Positions 61,370 to 64,000 of a stretch of DNA of 64,000 nucleotides are shown here, piece after piece. Origin of the DNA: Clostridiaceae bacterium (lineage in GTDB: Bacteria; Bacillota; Clostridia; Saccharofermentanales; UBA5734); the NCBI GenBank assembly GCA_012520975.1, contig JAAYNF010000033.1, forward strand, positions 501 through 64,500, in the 5' to 3' direction. Position 1 is the stretch's first letter. Each line of letters begins with the position of its first letter. A model generated the notes under the pieces. The model had not been told where the DNA came from. It made no database searches and worked only from the letters and a program-made list of their open reading frames with translations. The position numbers and the translations under genes were made by a program.

Positions 61370-63469
61370 ATGATTAACCGGATTCGCAAACGTGATGGCA
61401 GAATCGTCACTTTCAAGCAGGAAAAAATAACTTGGGCGATTTTCAAAGCAGCCACTGCTGTCGGCGGCGACAATTGGGAGTTGGCGGAGGCTTTGACCGG
61501 CCAGATTATCGAAATGGCGCAGACCCGTTTCCCGGACGGACTGGCCGAGGTCGAGGCCATTCAAGATATCGTCGAAAAAGTCCTGATTGAAAATGGGCAT
61601 GCCAAAACCGCCAAGGCATTTATCCTTTATCGCGAGAAACGTCGTTCCGCCCGTGAGGCCAACGCCTTGATCGGCGCAACCATCAATATGTTCTCCGATT
61701 ATCTCGGAGATAAAGATTGGCAAATCCAAGAGAATGCCAATACACAACGTTCGATCAACGGTATGAATAATTATGTCCGCGAGGCCTTCACCAAACAATA
61801 CTGGTTGCATGAGGTCTATCCGGTTGAGGTCAGGGAAGCCCACCTTAACGGCGATATGCACATTCACGATCTCGGCTTTTTCGGACCTTACTGCGCCGGC
61901 TGGGATCTGCGGCAACTGCTGTCCGACGGGTTCGGCGGAGTGCCCGGCAAGGTTGAGTCCAGCCCTGCCCGCCATCTGAGATCCTTTTTGGGCCAAATTG
62001 TCAATTCAACATTCACCACTCAAGGGGAAACCGCCGGCGCTCAAGCATGGTCTTCCTTTGATACCTATTGCGCGCCGTTCATCCGCTACGACAAGATGTC
62101 TTTTGCCGCCATCAAACAGGCCTTGCAGGAATTCATCTTCAACATCAATGTACCGACGCGCGTAGGCTTTCAATGCCCGTTTTCCAACCTGACCTTTGAC
62201 ATTGTTGTGCCTTCCACCCTGCGCAATGAACCGGTTGTGATCGGCGGCCGGTACACCGGAGACACCTACGGGGATTTCCAAGCCGAAATGGACCTTTTTA
62301 ATCTGGCGTTTTGCGAAGTGATGCTCGAAGGCGATGCCAAGGGGCGTGTGTTCACCTTTCCGATTCCGACCATCAATGTTACTCGGGATTTTGCCTGGGA
62401 TAGTCCGGTTGTGGACAAGTTTATGGAAATCACTTGTAAATATGGCATCCCGTATTTTTCCAACTACATCAACTCGGACTTGTCACCGGAGGATGCGGTT
62501 TCGATGTGTTGCCGGCTGCGTCTGGATACCAGTGAGCTGAGAAAGCGTGGCGGCGGCCTGTTCGGATCCAATCCGATGACCGGATCAATAGGAGTCGTAA
62601 CCGTCAATCTGCCTCGTCTCGGCTATCTGGCCAAAACAGAGTCGGAATTTCAAGCGCGCCTCTGGCGCACCATCCAGCTGGCTAAGGAGAGCTTGGAAAT
62701 CAAGCGCAAAATCATCGAAGAGCAGACCGCCCGGGGGCTTTATCCCTATTCGGCGAATTACCTTCGCAATATCAAAGAACGGACCGGTGAGTATTGGTAT
62801 AACCACTTTAATACGATCGGTCTGGTCGGGATGAATGAAGCTTGTCGGAACTTTCTTGGTCCTGATGTTGACTTGGTCACACCGGCCGGCCAAGATTTTG
62901 CCCGTCGCACACTGATCTACATGCGCGAGCAGCTACAGGAAATACAAGAAGAAACCGGTCACTTTTATAATCTTGAAGCAACACCGGCCGAGGGCACCAG
63001 CTATCGCTTGGCCAGACTGGACCTGGAGCGCTATCCGGATATTTTGACGGCAGGCGAGTATGCTCCGTACTATACCAACTCCAGCCAGTTGCCGGTCGGC
63101 TATACCGAAGATATTTTTGAGACCTTGGATCTGCAAGATGAGCTGCAAAGCCTTTATACCGGTGGTACTGTGCTGCATCTTTATCTTGGCGAACGGATCA
63201 GCGACATCGCGGTCGCCAAAAAATTAATTCAAAAGGTCTTTACCCATTACAAATTGCCGTACATCAGCCTGACACCGACCTTCTCAATCTGTCCGGAACA
63301 CGGCTATATTGGAGGCGAGCATTTTTCCTGTCTTGAATGTGGCGGAGAAACCGAGGTCTGGAGCCGGGTGGTTGGCTACTTGCGGCCTGTCCAGAATTAC
63401 CATAAAGGGAAGCGGGAAGAATATAGACAGCGTGTTAAATACGTGATCAATCAAGCTGCCCTCGTATGA
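61370..63469 (+). CDS. nrdD: Anaerobic ribonucleoside-triphosphate reductase
   Basis: An N-terminal ATP-cone (IRKRDGRIVTFKQEKI), a C-terminal zinc site CPEHG..CLECGG, and a glycyl-radical motif RVVGYLRPV. RBS GGGAGGG precedes ATG 61370. Confidence 0.93.
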   Translation: MINRIRKRDGRIVTFKQEKITWAIFKAATAVGGDNWELAEALTGQIIEMAQTRFPDGLAEVEAIQDIVEKVLIENGHAKTAKAFILYREKRRSAREANALIGATINMFSDYLGDKDWQIQENANTQRSINGMNNYVREAFTKQYWLHEVYPVEVREAHLNGDMHIHDLGFFGPYCAGWDLRQLLSDGFGGVPGKVESSPARHLRSFLGQIVNSTFTTQGETAGAQAWSSFDTYCAPFIRYDKMSFAAIKQALQEFIFNINVPTRVGFQCPFSNLTFDIVVPSTLRNEPVVIGGRYTGDTYGDFQAEMDLFNLAFCEVMLEGDAKGRVFTFPIPTINVTRDFAWDSPVVDKFMEITCKYGIPYFSNYINSDLSPEDAVSMCCRLRLDTSELRKRGGGLFGSNPMTGSIGVVTVNLPRLGYLAKTESEFQARLWRTIQLAKESLEIKRKIIEEQTARGLYPYSANYLRNIKERTGEYWYNHFNTIGLVGMNEACRNFLGPDVDLVTPAGQDFARRTLIYMREQLQEIQEETGHFYNLEATPAEGTSYRLARLDLERYPDILTAGEYAPYYTNSSQLPVGYTEDIFETLDLQDELQSLYTGGTVLHLYLGERISDIAVAKKLIQKVFTHYKLPYISLTPTFSICPEHGYIGGEHFSCLECGGETEVWSRVVGYLRPVQNYHKGKREEYRQRVKYVINQAALV

Positions 63470-64000
63470 TCCTATCCGGACTGGTCAAATCGTCCACTGT
63501 TGATTTTCCCGGTTGTCTGTCCGCTGTGCTTTTTGCGCCCGGCTGTAACTTTGATTGTTTTTACTGCCATAATCGTCAGCTTTTGGGTCAACATCCACCG
63601 CAGATCGAGATTGAGGATGTCTTGGATTTCCTTGATCGCCGCCGCAATCTGCTTGACGGTGTTGTGTTCAGCGGCGGTGAGCCGACATTGCAAGAAGGCT
63701 TGGTGGATTTGATTGTCAAAATCAGGCGCATGGGTTATTCCGTCAAACTGGATACGAACGGCACAAATCCCGGACTTCTGGGTCGGCTGATCCAAAGTAG
63801 TCTGGTGGATTATGTCGCCATTGATCTCAAGGCGCCTTGGGCAAAATACCCATCGATCTGCCGGTGTCGGGCCGCGGATGTGACCTTCGTGCAGCAGTCG
63901 TTCCGTTTGCTGGCCTCCTCCGGCCTCGACTGGGAAGCCAGAACAACCGTCATTCCTCAGCTCAGCTTGGAGGATCTCGAAGCAATGGCATCGGCCATTC
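63466..64000 (+). CDS. nrdG: Anaerobic RNR activating protein (radical SAM), 3'-partial at the window edge
   Basis: My translation is MILSGLVKSSTVDFPGCLSAVLFAPGCNFDCFYCHN..VVFSGGEPTLQ..KLDTNG.. and stays open to base 64000. The ATG overlaps the nrdD TGA. It is absent from the ORF track because no stop lies in the window. Confidence 0.88.
   Translation, partial: MILSGLVKSSTVDFPGCLSAVLFAPGCNFDCFYCHNRQLLGQHPPQIEIEDVLDFLDRRRNLLDGVVFSGGEPTLQEGLVDLIVKIRRMGYSVKLDTNGTNPGLLGRLIQSSLVDYVAIDLKAPWAKYPSICRCRAADVTFVQQSFRLLASSGLDWEARTTVIPQLSLEDLEAMASAI

Overview
This 64-kb chromosomal window looks like a Firmicutes/Clostridia-type genome, judged by eye from gene order and sigma-A-like promoters. Hand counts on single 60-nt lines give about 58-63% GC. 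All family calls come from motifs read in the supplied translations, because no database search was possible. Most of the window is conserved housekeeping synteny: sbcD(3' end)-sbcC, tig-clpP-clpX, folE-folP-folB-folK, a yaaO-like decarboxylase followed by tmk-darA-holB-ricT, rsmI-metG-tatD, secG-rnr, mtaB, ireB-ruvX-DUF1292, asnA and nrdD-nrdG. It also holds five tRNAs: Arg-ACG, a Val-UAC/Asp-GUC/Phe-GAA operon, and Val-GAC. Other content includes an OmpR/HK two-component pair, a Liv-type ABC operon flanked by two lipoprotein binding proteins, a CcdA/TlpA thiol-redox pair and a P-type Ca-ATPase. The most interesting accessory content is an eight-gene Tad/Flp-like (type IVc) pilus cluster at 21.05-27.03 kb, just after the clpX terminator. 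Its TadZ-position gene fuses a Hanks-kinase-like domain with degenerate catalytic motifs to a MinD/ParA-like domain that lacks a P-loop. Other points worth a second look: a PilD-like prepilin peptidase homologue 4 kb upstream that appears to lack the second catalytic Asp; a leaderless-looking metzincin-like protein; a ~4-kb AT-rich two-gene islet (degenerate-GGDEF/EAL sensor plus beta-carbonic anhydrase) directly downstream of tRNA-Val(GAC); five copies of TTGAGGCGCG upstream of a consensus tRNA-operon promoter; a very basic low-complexity protein gene open in three frames; an apparent head-to-head deletion scar; and a 56-aa ferredoxin gene missing from the ORF track. No CRISPR array, integrase, transposase or recognisable defence genes were seen.
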